Origin: the human T2T-CHM13v2.0 reference genome, Homo sapiens
Assembly: GCF_009914755.1 (NCBI RefSeq)
Contig: NC_060944.1
DNA: 64,000 nucleotides
Direction: 5' to 3' (one strand)
Part shown: positions 44,341-56,646 of the stretch, piece by piece
Position numbering within the stretch: the first letter of the stretch is position 1
Layout of the letters: every line of letters begins with the position of its first letter
Notes under the pieces: generated by a model
What the model was told of the DNA's origin: nothing
What the model saw: the letters and a program-made list of their open reading frames with translations, nothing else
The model's database searches: none
Position numbers and translations under genes: made by a program

Positions 44341-44775
44341 AGTAGCCTGATTGCTCTAATAAACAAATCTCAAATCTTAGGATTAAACATCATAATGTTT
44401 ATTTCTTGTTCACAGTCCAATCTTGTATCACAGTCCAATAGAGGTGGGCAGGGGAGTGAGAGAGATTGCTCCACACAGCCATTCAGGTACCAAGTTTCCT
44501 TCTGTCTAGTTGCTGTGTTATCCAAAGCCATAGAGCCTTTGATTGGGTCCTGCGTTTCCATCCACTAGATGAGAGAAGAGAGCAAATATGTAGAAGAAAT
44601 ATCTGTCCTTAATTGCCTCAACCTGGAGGTGTCATACATATCACTTCTGCCCCTTTCCAGGGCTAGAACTTGGTCACATGATTGAATAGAACTGCAAGGG
44701 AAGCTGGGAAATGTGGTCCAGCTGTTAGGAGAAAGAGGAAAATGGCTTATTGAGCACCTAGCTAGACTCTGCTGC
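44341..44775 (-). mobile_element. Second, older MLT1 (J/K/L-like) LTR
   Basis: tttatttcttgttcac...ccacacagccattcagg...aactgcaagggaagctgggaaatgtggtccagctg. Confidence 0.7.
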
Positions 44776-45727
44776 AGTCACAGGCTCTGTGACTGAGGAA
44801 CTCATTCCCAAAGAAAGTGCACTGGGACACATTTCAAAAGTTGATGCATGATAGTATGGGGCAGACAAAGGTTAAAAAGACAAGGTCATGATTAAGTAGG
44901 GGAGAAACACACAGATACCTATGTAAATACCTAGGGTATGAGCAAGAATCTGGGGAAAGACTTGGAGTTAGGAGGAGGTGGGTGCTTGGCAGGCGGTGAG
45001 ACTTTAATAGGCAGAGGTAGAAGTGAAGGGCAAAGGGAAACTTTGGGCCACACGGGGAAACTAGATTTGTTTGCTTGTTTAACACTGTGGCCTCCAGTGG
45101 GACCTAAAGTCGATGCCTTAATGTAGGACGGCTATGTTAGTGCTGATCAGAATAATGTACCCCTTAGGGCTACATTAAAAAACTATGCTCAGTGCCTCAT
45201 TTGCACCTTCAAAATATGCACATACATGTGTGGGCCAGAAAAGGCTGCGCTCAGGACATGCATTCTTATGTGAACCGTAGGTAATTGCACAAGCAAACAG
45301 GAAGTTGCGTAGGTATGCAGGCAGCTGCCTGTTGAGAGGTGCGTGTGGGCATGGGCAGGCGTGGGCCTTGTCTGTTTGAGTACAATTTTAAAGGCTTCTC
45401 CTGATGGAAGGGAGGGCAAGCAAGCCTCTGGGCACCTGCTTCCCTAACTGCTGCTGTCGTTTGTCCTTCTCAAGGTTTCCTTTCTGGGCAGGGCCATGTC
45501 AGGGAGTATTTGTGGCTGTAAGAAAAAGGTGCCGTTTCAAGGTCTTTGCTAACTGCCGAGCTGGTGAATAAACGTTTTGAAATTCTCTTTGCTGAGAATT
45601 CCATCTCCTGGTTCTCTTCCTGATTCTATGGCCCAGTTTCCCCAGTTTATTCCCTGTCTTCTTCTTCTGTTTGTTCCTCAGATGTTTTCCCGTGAACCTG
45701 TCCCTAATCACTTTCTGACCTTCTGAA

Positions 45728-45914
45728 CCAGAGCTATCCAACAGAACTATCTGCAAAGGTACCTGCACTGTTCCTTGTTGTAGCCACTAGCCACATATAG
45801 TCATTGAGCACTTGACATGGGGCTTATGGGCCTGAGAAACTGACTTTTAAATTTTATTTAAGTTAAATATAAATAGACACATGTGGCTAGTGGCTTCTCT
45901 ATTGGACAGCATAG
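45728..45914. mobile_element. MER3 hAT MITE
   Basis: gctatccaacagaact...gtagccactagccacat...cacatgtggctagtggct...tattggacagc. Confidence 0.88.
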
Positions 45915-46643
45915 CTCTAGAACAGTCTTTATGGGTAATAATTTCTCCCTTACAGTCTGCCCCATTATTCCCAGTCTGTATCTCCTTACCCTACCTGCTC
46001 TCCTGAACCATGTTTACAAATACTCCAATTTGATTATTCTGTGGTCCCCTTAATGCAATGTGGCTAAGGTTGAACTCTTTGTCTCTACCCACAAAACTCA
46101 TTTCTTCTTGACCTTCCTCCTGTCACTTTATCCTTGGTCCTCCCTTATTAGGGAACAGTTCTGATCAGACCATGTTACTCATATATATTATCATCAAGAT
46201 AGGTCCAGGTTTTGTGGATCTGAGTCAATTTGGGATCTCTACTTAAAAAAAAAATTACAGAGTACAAATGCAAAATTAGATTTAGAGCCTTGGAGCATCC
46301 TCGGCAAGTGAAGATGTCTGTGAAGCTTAAGCTTTATTTGCTTTACTGCAAATTGGCCTCAGTTTATCATTGGAATATTCTACAGTTTCTGGGTTTGAAT
46401 CTCAGTCTGACCACTTCCTTGTTCCACAACCTGGGCACAGTACTTAACCACACTGAGATCGAATTGGCTATTGGGGATAATGATAATACCTATTAGACTA
46501 AGTTGTTGCAAAATTAAATAAGATATATGTATACAAAGTCTAGTACATCTTGGAGCCATTCCATGAAATAATGTTATTCCCTTGTTCTCACTGCATAGAA
46601 AATAGTAACAGCAATAACAATGAAAATAATAACACTAGATAAT

Positions 46644-46991
46644 TGTCTTAGTCCATTTGGCTGTTATAACAAAATCATAGACTTAGTGGCTTATAAACGA
46701 TGGAGACTTATTTCTCACAGTTCCGGAGGCTGGGAAGTCTAAGACCAAGACACCAGCAGTTTCAGTGTCTGATGAGGGCCCACTTCCTCGTAGGCTATCT
46801 TCTCACTGTAACCTCCCCGGAGGAAGGGTTCTCTCTCGGGCCTCTTTTAAAAGAACACTAATCCCATTCCTGAGAGCTCCACCTTTATGACCTAATCACC
46901 TCTCATAGGCCCACCTCCAAATACCCTCAGTTTGGGGATTAGGATTTTAACATAGGAATTTGGGGTGAACACAGACATTCAGTTCACAGCA
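46644..46991 (-). mobile_element. MLT1A-type MaLR LTR
   Basis: tgtcttagtccatttggctg...ttatttctcacagttccggaggctgggaagtc...acattcagttcacagca. Confidence 0.88.
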
Positions 46992-46994
46992 CTA

Positions 46995-47200
46995 TTGTAT
47001 TGGGTGCCATGTTCGACACTTGGCATAGATTATCTCATTTATGCCTACAAGGTAAGTACTTTTCTTAGCCCGTTTTACAGATGGGTGAACCTAGGCCCCA
47101 AAAGGTAGGCAACATGCCTAAGGTCCCACATGCTAGTAAGCAGGGGAGTTGGGATTTGAACCCAGCCAATTGCACTTTCCCTTCCCTTTGCACTCTTAAC
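46995..47200 (-). mobile_element. MIR
   Basis: attatctcatttatgc...cccgttttacagatgg...gggatttgaacccag. Confidence 0.78.
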
Positions 47201-47808
47201 CCCACGCCTTGAGCTGGGCATTCAGGACTCTCCACAACCCTCTTTTCATCAGCTTGCTGGATTCCTTCCACTTGTGTGTATGTTTTCACCAACAACTAAA
47301 TGTTTCATGATTTGCTCGTATACTTCTTTTTCTTTTCTCATCCTATTTCTTTTCCCTGGAGTACTTGTCCCTTCTCCTTGATCTCCTGTGCTTTATTCAT
47401 GCCTTAACATAACCAACTTTGTTGCTTTTACTGTAAGGGAGTTGCTGAGAGGGTTTTTTTTTCCCATATAACACAATGTTCTTCCTATGAACATCGAGAA
47501 TGATTATGTCCTGAGGAACTGGTCTATTTTTATCTCACCAGGGAGCTTTAAAACATAAAAATGTGTGGGTCCCCACCCCCAAACCACATGTATCAGAAAC
47601 CCTGGGGCTGAGTTGAGATTCACTGGTTTTAAGGATTGTGTTTTTCTTTTTGAACTGGTTACTAGAAAGCCATGAACCAGCTCTCAGCTCAGCTCGGGCC
47701 AGGATACAGGACGTTGGGCTTCATCTCACCTCTTACCTCATTTTCCTTTCACTTTTTATTTTAAATTGCATGTTGTCTTGGTTTTTGGTATGTATTTTTG
47801 TAGGTCAC

Positions 47809-48166
47809 TGATATGGTTTGGCTTTGTCCCCACCCAAATCGCACCTTGAATTATAATAATCCCCGTGTCAAAGGCGGGGCCAGGTGGAGAATCATTGACT
47901 CATGGGGGCAGTTTTCCCCATGCTGTTCTTGCGGTAGTGAATAAGTCTCATGAGATCTGATGGTTTTAAAAAGGGGAGTTCCCCTGCACAAGCTCTCTCT
48001 CTTGCCTGCCACCATGTAAGATGGGACTTGCTTCTCCTTTGCCTTCTGCCATGATTGTGAGGCCTCCCCAGCCATGTGGAACTGTGAGTTCATTAAGCCT
48101 CTTTCCTTTATAAATTGCCCAATCTCAGGTATATCTTGATTAGCAGCTTGAGAACAGACCAATACA
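47809..48166 (+). mobile_element. THE1 (B/C-like) MaLR solo LTR
   Basis: tgatatggtttggc...ccaataca with perfect 5-bp TSD gtcac. Confidence 0.95.
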
Positions 48167-48639
48167 GTCACCTAAATTAATTTTGTAATGACTAGAGGTA
48201 CAAATACAGATGATGATGATGGTGATGAAGACAACAGATTTACTCTAGAATAATGAGAAACTGTGGAAAGCCTGTTTGAGTCGATCTCAAAACAGACATC
48301 AGTAGACAACACCATAGATGAAATCAAATTGTAGTCTCAGGAAAAACATTATCTTCAAATCCAGGGCCACCAATCACCCTGGAACCATCCCATAGCTGTC
48401 TAAACGCAGTTTGCATGTGGTCGTTCATCTGATGGCTTCATTTCCTTTTGACCCTTCTTTTATTCTAATTTTGCTGAAGAGATTAAATGATCGCCTGTTA
48501 AAAAGGTGTATAAAGTGGAATCTTGTAGAAGAAATAAAAATAAATCCCTTTGTGTATTTGAATTTACTGACATACCCAGTGCCTGACTCCACTCCCCAGT
48601 GTCTGTGATTTTGGGTAAGATTTCCTGCTTAGGGATCTG

Positions 48640-49245
48640 GAGCTAGTCAGGTAACGACCGCTGCGTGCATTTAGCATGTACGCCAGGTACAGCTGCAAGG
48701 TTTCCAATTTTCCCGTTTGCCTGCCAGCCATCACCCCAGACTCATCTGAAAGCCAGCAAGGAGACAGTGGCTGCAAAGCGGCTTTTTGTCCTCAAAGTTT
48801 AGGCTCCTTGAGGCCCCAGAATGACAAAATGGAGAGGCAGGGCCAGGGGAAGAGGGCCTGGTGAGACCCGCCCTGGCTCCCGCCGGCCTTCTGCCAATGC
48901 CCGCAGATGGTGGGGGCCCATGGCCGGGACGCCCGCTCAGGCCCTGGCAGCCTCATGTGCCCCAGCACCTCCTTAAAAGCTGATTATCCGGCTTGTCTCC
49001 TTTGTGAGCCGGCTCATTACCATTTCATTGTGTGGTGGCAATTCTTACCCGCACCATGAATATTGACTTTATGCTTGCTTTTCTACCTGAATTACAGGCG
49101 GGCAGGCCGGCGGCTCGCATTGCTTGCTCAGCTCCAGCCTCCCTGGCAGCCACTTGAATAGTCTCAAAGAAAAGCTGTTTGCTTGAGCATTTAGGGATAA
49201 CAGAGAGCGGTCACAGGCCGCTACAGTGATTTATTAAAAGACAGG
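48640..49245. promoter_or_regulatory. CpG-enriched unique segment, candidate enhancer/insulator
   Basis: Many CpGs against a CpG-poor background; CTCF-like cccgcagatggtgg (~48900), FOX tgtttgc, PBX-HOX tgatttat (~49227). Confidence 0.45.
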
Positions 49246-49261
49246 AAAATGAGAGAAAAGA

Positions 49262-49450
49262 CCCTTACTTCTTGCACCAGCTGCCTGCTCTCTTGCTTCC
49301 TTTTATTCTCTGTCTCTCTCCTCTTTTCTCTTTTCTCTTTATTCCTCCCTCCCTTCCATCCTTTCCTTTTTTCCCTTTCTCTGTCTTCCTCCCTCCCTGT
49401 GCCTCCCTCTCTGCCTTTCTTTCTGTCTCTTTCTCTGCCTCCTTTTTGTT
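49262..49450 (+). repeat. Polypyrimidine (CT-rich) tract
   Basis: ~190 nt almost entirely C/T. Confidence 0.9.
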
Positions 49451-49719
49451 CACATTTTTAAAATGAGAGAGGGAAAAAGACGGCTGTGCTTTTAAAATTT
49501 GTATAAATTTATGGGATACAAATACCATTTTACTACATGGATATATTGCATAGTAGTGAAGCGTGAGCTTTTTGTGTGTTCGTCGCCCAAATGCTGTGTT
49601 AAGCAGATGCTTGAGGGACGTTGGGCTTGTTTGCTACATCTAATGACACATCCCATTAAAGGTAGATAGAACCCAGGGTTAGCCTTTGAAGGATATGAGA
49701 GGAGATTGAGTACTTGCAG

Positions 49720-49764
49720 GTGTGTGTGTGCATTTAGTGTACACACACACACACACACACACAC
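49720..49764. repeat. (GT)n...(CA)n opposed dinucleotide repeats
   Basis: gtgtgtgtgtgcatttagtgtacacacac... Confidence 0.9.
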
Positions 49765-51458
49765 TGCAAATGGTGCCAGCTGTTCTGGAAAAAGGAAGCT
49801 CTCTTCTCAGAAAAATAAGGCAGGGTGTCCTCTCCTCTCAATCTCCTTCTCCCCAGACATACTCCAGCAGTCCATGACCTTCTGAGTTCCTACCCTGAAC
49901 ACAGTGCCTGCCATCTGAAGAGGCCACCCCTGCACTGTCCAGCCTGGGCTTCTCTCAAGGGAATGATGCATGGAGAGTCTTCCCTCCTTGGTGTGCTGGT
50001 TCTTCCAGTCCCAGGTTCAGCCCCATCACCACCCCGATGGCTCCTCCCTACATGCAGGAAATCTGTGGGAAGTAAATGTGGCTGGAGTGTGTGCAGACCT
50101 TCAAAGTGAAGGCTACATCTTGGTGACAATTTCTGTTCAACCAACTGACCTATTGGAGCACTAAGCAAGCTGGGCTAGGAAGGACACGGGAGGGTGGGCT
50201 GGGTGACCCTGGCATGCTGGCCGCTTGGTGTGAGCAATTGCATGGGGGCAGCTCTTCCAAACTGAGCCGCAAGGACTTTGTTTCCAGACCTTATCTGAGA
50301 TGCAGGAACATGGGCTTTTCTTGGTGGCTTCTGGGAACTTTCCAAAACGCAATTTTCTTGGAATTCAAAGTTGGTCTGTTTTGCGTCTGGAGCTTGTTTC
50401 TGTGGCCCCTGCCCTCTCCAGCTTGCAGTTTGCACTAAGTACTCGGCCGGGTTCCTGCCTCCTTTCACTTTGCTTTCCCCAAATGCCTTTGGTCCCCCTT
50501 ATCACCTGCCATGAGGCTCTAATTAGTCTGCTCCCAAACCCATAAATCAGCCCCCACCTCCTCCGGTTTGCTTCCTCTGGCTGAGGCGTGGAGCTCACCT
50601 TTCCCTTCCCAGATGACAAATCGGCCATTAATCTTGGTTTATTTGCTGGCTTCCTTCATTAGCTTCTGAACAGTTTGCAAACAAAGAGGGAGGGATTTTT
50701 GGTGACCTCAGTAGAGATAGGGACCCACAGGTGGATTTATTCTCATGTTTGATATTTTTTCTTCTTTTTTTTTTTTCATGAAAAGGCTAAATACGTAACT
50801 GTCTTTCAGCACTTGTGGTTTTTCATTTTTGAAGCTTTCAGATCTGCTGTTGGGCTGCAGCGTGCTTGTTTTTATTTGGTCAGGCTAGTTTGTTGCTATG
50901 TATGAATCAGGACAGGGTGACCTGGGGAAGTAATGGAAAGGGTGGCATGTTTGGGTGCTCAGTGACTCTGAACCTTCAAAGAGGGCGCTGCCATGATGTT
51001 TTAATGGTCAACAGTCAATGGCTGCAGGAGAGTCATCTAGAAGCTTAGGAATTAGAGTGTTTTAGCTCTTTCTGTTAGCTTTTGGGTTTCCCAAGCCTGA
51101 TGTTAGAATACACCAGCTCCCCTTCTTAGGTTCCATCTAATACTCTGGATTAAGTCTCTGAGAAGAGAGCTGAATTTATCAGCTGATATGTGTCTTTTAG
51201 GATGCAGGAAATAAAGCTGGACAGCTTGTGGGAGGATAGGAAGGGTATCACTTGAGAAAGAATGTCTACGAAGGGAAGACCAAGTTTTCAAATGTCATGG
51301 ATTAGAGATGGGCTACAGGGAAGATGTGGGGTATTGGGTCTTTTAGTGTCTATCTCTACTTTAACCCAAAAGAATCTGTGATGTGGGCATTTGGGCATTG
51401 GAACAGGACAATGGGCAAGATATTTTCAAGGTCTTCAGGAAGATTGTGCCTTACACAG

Positions 51459-52051
51459 ATTAGTGGGCCTTCTTGACCTCAGTGCAATGGGATAATCTTA
51501 AAACTCAAAGCCCTTGGAACACAATCTATGAAGTGGTCCACATCAAAATAGTAATGTTGGAGTTGGCAATCTTTTTTTTGAGACGGAGTCTCACGTTTGT
51601 CCCCCAGGCTGAAGTACAATGGCACGATCTTGGCTCACTGAAACCTCTGTCTCCTGGGTTCCAGGCATTCTAGTGCTTCAGCCTCCTGAGTAGCTGGGAC
51701 TACAGGTGTGCACCACCACACCCGGCTAATTTTTTTTGTATTTTAGTAGAAACGGGGTTTCACCATGTTGCCCAGGGTGATCTCAAACTTCTGAGCTCGG
51801 GTGCTCCACCCACCTCGGCCTCCCCAAACACTGGGATTACAGGTGTGAGCCACCGTGCCCAGCCAGAGTTTGTAATCCTGATGCTCATTGTCTGGTGACA
51901 GCCATGCTAACCTCTGTTTTCCCCTATCCAACAATTAATTTAGACTAAGGATTATGATTCAATTTATTAAAAAATGCTTTTTAGTCATCAGGGCTTTAGA
52001 AAGGGAGACACATATACGCTGTCAAATGTGTTCAGTAACTCCATCCTTTCC
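51459..52051 (+). repeat. Copy 1 of a ~270-bp local direct duplication (Alu-interrupted)
   Basis: Aligns with 56374-56646 on both sides of the Alu. Confidence 0.93.
51572..51864 (-). mobile_element. Alu (S/J-type) inserted in duplication copy 1
   Basis: Antisense dimer; TSD gagttggcaatctt / gagtttgtaatcct. Confidence 0.95.
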
Positions 52052-52769
52052 TCCCCTACACCCTTTGATCTTGTCAGAGAAATGATGTCTCCCCCATCAT
52101 TGAAGAGTCCTTGAGGATTGGAATATCGTCATTTCATCTTTACGTCATCATCTGTTTCCCTGCAGCGGCCAGTTCTTTTTTTCATATATTTCAACTGATA
52201 TATAAATTACTTACAGTGAAATCCACAAATCTTAAGTGTGATTTCAATTATTTTTGACAAACGCATATGCACATGTAACCCACAAAGCAATTCCATCACT
52301 CTGGAAAGTTCTTTTGGGTTTCTCATTGGACAGTCTCCCTCCCCTTGCCAGAAGAAATTACTATTTTGATTTCCATCATGATAGATTCATTCGACCTCCT
52401 TTAGAGCTTCATACAATTGGAATTATGTGGTGTAGAATCTTTACATCCAACTTCTTTAACTCGACATACTGTTTTTGAGATCCATCCATTTGTGTTGTTG
52501 CATGTATCAATAATTTATTGCTTTTTATTGTTGAATATTATTCCATTGTATGAATATACCACAGTTTGTTTTTCCATTGTCCTGTGGGTGCATACCTTGG
52601 ATGTTTCCAGTGTTTAGCTATTATAAACACTGCTATGTTTATAAAGCTGCTATGAACATTTTTGTTTAAGTCTTTTTATAAGCTGGGATAAATACCCAGG
52701 AATGGAACTGATGGGTCACAGGGTAAATGCATGTTTACATTTTAAAGAAAGTGTCTTTTTTCCCCCTAT

Positions 52770-53230
52770 ATTTTTATTTATTTATTTATTTTGTTATACT
52801 TTAAGTTCTAGGGTACATGTGCACAACGTGCAAGTTTATTACATAGGTATACATGTGCCATGTTCGTTTGCTGCACCCATCAACTCGTCATTTACATTAG
52901 GTATTTCTCCTAATGCTATCCCTCCCCCAGTCCCTTACCACCTGACAGGCCCTGGTGTGTGATATTCCCCACCCTGTGTCCAAGTGTTCTCATTGTTCAA
53001 TTCCCACCTATGAGTGAGAACATGTGGTGTTTGGTTTTCTGTCCTTGTGATAGTTTGCTGAGAATGATGGTTTCCAGCTTCATTCATGTCCCTGCAAAGG
53101 ACATGAACTCACCCTTTTTTATGGCTGCATAGTATTCCATGGTGTATAGGTGCCACGTTTTCTTAATCCAGTCTATCACTGATGGACATTTGGGTTGGTT
53201 CCCAGTCTTTGCTATTGTGAATAGTGCCAC
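52770..53230 (-). mobile_element. L1PA (PA5-7-like) 3' UTR, 5'-truncated
   Basis: ttatactttaagttctagggtacatgtgcacaacgtgca...cccacctatgagtgagaacatg. Confidence 0.95.
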
Positions 53231-53515
53231 ATAATTTCCAAAGTGTTGGTATCATTTATACTTTCATCATCAATGTATGAAAGTTCCATTTGGTCTACAG
53301 CCTCACCAACTTTTGGTGTCATTGATATTTTTCATTTTAGCCATGCTAATAGGTGTGAAATAGCATTTCATTGTGGTTTTAATTTGCATTTCCTTGATCG
53401 TAATAATATTGAGCACTTTTTCATGTGCTTATTGGTCATATATATATGACCTTTATATATAAGGTGTCTGTCAAGTCTTCTGTTCATTTCAAAAATTGGT
53501 TTGCTTATCTTTTTA

Positions 53516-53609
53516 CTATAGAGTTGTAGGAATTCTTTATATGTTCTGGATGGACGTTCTTTCTATAGAATTGTAGGAATTCTTTATATGTTCTGGATAG
53601 ACATTCTTT
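53516..53609 (+). repeat. 47-bp tandem duplication within L1
   Basis: ctataga(g/a)ttgtaggaattctttatatgttctggat(g/a)gac(g/a)ttcttt x2. Confidence 0.92.
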
Positions 53610-56373
53610 CTCAAATATAGTTATCTCCTAATCTGTTCCTTGTCTATTCTCTTAGATGTATTTTGATAAGCAGAGAATTTTAATTTTAATTTTAATGAGG
53701 TCCAATTTACCATTTTTTCTTTTATATTTAGTGCCCTCTGGGCCCTTCCTAAGAAATCTTTGCTTACTCCAAATTCAGGAAGATGTTATTCTATGTTCTT
53801 TTCTAGAAGCATTATACATTAGATGGTCTAGTCAATTCTTAATAAGCCAAGCAAAATAAGAAACCCAAACAACAGCTTAACTAAGCAACCAATCCTTAAA
53901 AGAACCAATGAACCCACTCACCAACCAACCAATGAACCAACTGGGCAATCAATCAATCAGAAGAATTTGTTCCAATGCCTTTCAGCGGGGTAAGTAGCAT
54001 GCTGTAACTTGTATGTTTGGAACAGATCCACAAAGTGTGTCTGAATTCCATGGTTTGGCAGATGACTGACTAATCCACAGAATTTCTACCCGTTGAGGGT
54101 TTGCCAGCAGAGTCCCTGGGTTACTACTTTTATCTGAGCTGGCTAAACTCTTAGTGGTCATTCTGAATGAGCAGTCAAAGCTGACCGAAACTGCTCTGTG
54201 TGTGTTGGGGGAGGGGGGTGGTGGGGCTGGGGGATGACAGGGTGGAGCAGGTGTGCATTGCTTTCTTCCTAGTACTTGGAAGATAGTTATCATTGGAAGG
54301 ATTTTTATATATGATGTCTGAGTCTCATTTAAGTGATTCTATAACTATTGTGCTTCAGGGAGGGTGTTGTGTGTTGAGGAGGCTTCTGCGGGCTGGGCAG
54401 GACACCAATCCTCTGTGTATATGGCTCCTGTGTACTTGCAAATGAATCCAGCTTGTGGAAAATGAAGGGACCTCTTGACTGCAGTATTCTTTGCCCTGTC
54501 ACAGGTCCTGAGACATGAGTCTTGACCTTGGAGAATTTCTAGACTCGCTCTGTATGTGTGCCCTCTCCCTTCCCTAATCCCAGGCATCTTGGGTTTGGCT
54601 GGTCTTGGCTACATATCTAGTTAAGTGTCAGCACTGGTATTGTACCAGCCTAGCTGCTTGGGTCAGCACCTTAGGCACAGCCCAGAGAGTCACCTTAGTA
54701 TTTAATTTACCTCTCTTTGCCAGTGGTGTGGTGTAAATGATTAATGTCCTGTATTTCATAATTGAAGATAATACTGTTCCAGATAATTTATTTTATTTTA
54801 AGTTTACAGTTTCTTCTTGCTGTGCTTGTGGACTTATGCAGTTAGATTCTGTCATTTAGTTATTAGACATCACAGAAAAAGCTTCAGCATTTTTTGAGTT
54901 ATCCTTTTTTTAAAAAAAGAAATGAAAACACATCTCTGGAGAGCTTCAGTGATTCATAGGAGTCATCCTACTAGGTAGTGTCAGTGGCTGGATGACTGGG
55001 ACTGAAGCCTCCTGCCTTCTAGACCAAGATTTATGTATTTTATGTATATCTTTGTGCAAATACAGAGGCTGGGAGGGCTATGCGTTATGATGATTGGTTT
55101 TTTTAAATCCCACTGATAATCTGTGGCCATAAAGAGTGATACTTGAAGCCGAGGGTTTTGTATCTCAGTTGGATGGTTTGGTGAGAAGATAATTTAACAC
55201 TGTTAGACACTGCTAAAATTTCTGTGGCCAACAAATTTGGTATCCATCTGTTCACTTCAAACGTGTTATTTCTTTCTTTGTGGCTTCCATATTTGATAGA
55301 TCTAAACTCTGACTCCTTAGCATTTCAGCTTTAAGGTAAAAGAGGAGAGAGGGAGCTAACCACCACCCTGCCTCTGGGTCTCAGGAGACCCTTCTGTTGA
55401 TGTCTGTGAGAGTGAATATGTGTATGTGAGGAGAGAAGTGGCCTTCGGGTTCTGAGTCTGCTGGCTATAGTAGAAGTTGACCTTGACTATGAAATGGAGA
55501 ATTTAAAAACAGCTTTACCCAAGGGCCCAAAGCTAATGATTCCGAAGTGTTGACTAAGGTATCGGAGTAAACAATAGCAGGCTTTCATAGTGTTTACTTA
55601 GCTCTGCAGCTTACAAAGGAATTGTGTGGGCTTTCGTCCATACCACGTTGCTGGCTTATATCACAACTGTTCGTTTTGAAACAACTTAAATGATTTTGAC
55701 CTTTTGTTTAGGTTGTGGGTCAGTGCAGAAAGGAAGTTTTCTATAAACTACCATGATGTTTTTCTCAAATTGGAATGGGCATGTCTTTGATTAGAACTCA
55801 TTTCATATGTAGGAATGGCATCCGCAGACTGGATAGAGTGTTGAATGAGAGGGGCATGTGCCTTCAACTTGTCAGTTGCTCACACTCCTTATTTTGCTTA
55901 ATCAAAAGCATGGCAGAAGATGTGAGGTGTTTTTCTATAATTTAAATCATCTGAGTGAAGCACATCTTACTTCAATGTGCCTATTCTATTGCATTTTCAT
56001 AAGCAACATGAGGCCCACTGGTCTTACACTTGAAGACTGCTGTAGTATTTTCTCAAATAGAGACATTTTATCAAACTTCATCAAACAAGGTCATTTTGAA
56101 CTCCTAATTGCACATGGTATCATTTTTAAAGAGGTTTGTACTATATTAAAACATAATTACCCACAAGGGCTCTCTGCCTAGAGCTAATACGTGAAAACTG
56201 ATATAAAAAGTAGCATACTGAATATGCTAGATGTTATTTTTCTTCATTTTCCTAAATTGTTTTTTAGATGTGAGGGAGAAAAATGCCAATATACTTTATC
56301 AGTCCAGTTTGACTAATATTGAGCCTCAAGTTCAATAGGCATAAGGAATGTAAATTAGGCTCAAGCAATGTAA

Positions 56374-56646
56374 ATTAGTGGGCCTTGTGGACCTCAGTGC
56401 AATGGGATAACCTTAAAACTCAAAGCCCTTGGGACACAATCTATAAAGTGGTCTACATCAAAATAGTAATGTTGGAGTTTGTAATCTTGATGGTCCTTCT
56501 CTGGTGACAGCCACACTAACCTCTGTTTTTCCCTATCCAACAATTAATTTTGACTAAGGATTATTGATTAAAAAATGCTTAAAAAGCATTTAAAAAGGGA
56601 GGCCACATATATGCTACTAAATGTGTTCAGTAACTCCATCCTTTCC
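56374..56646 (+). repeat. Copy 2 of the local direct duplication (Alu-free)
   Basis: attagtgggcctt...gacctcagtgcaatgggataa...aatgtgttcagtaactccatcctttcc. Confidence 0.93.

Larger units (their letters stand above)
52175..53820 (-). mobile_element. Old L1M 3' fragment hosting a younger L1PA
   Basis: tataaattacttacagtgaaatccacaaatcttaagtg...gtggttttaatttgcatttcc... Confidence 0.8.
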
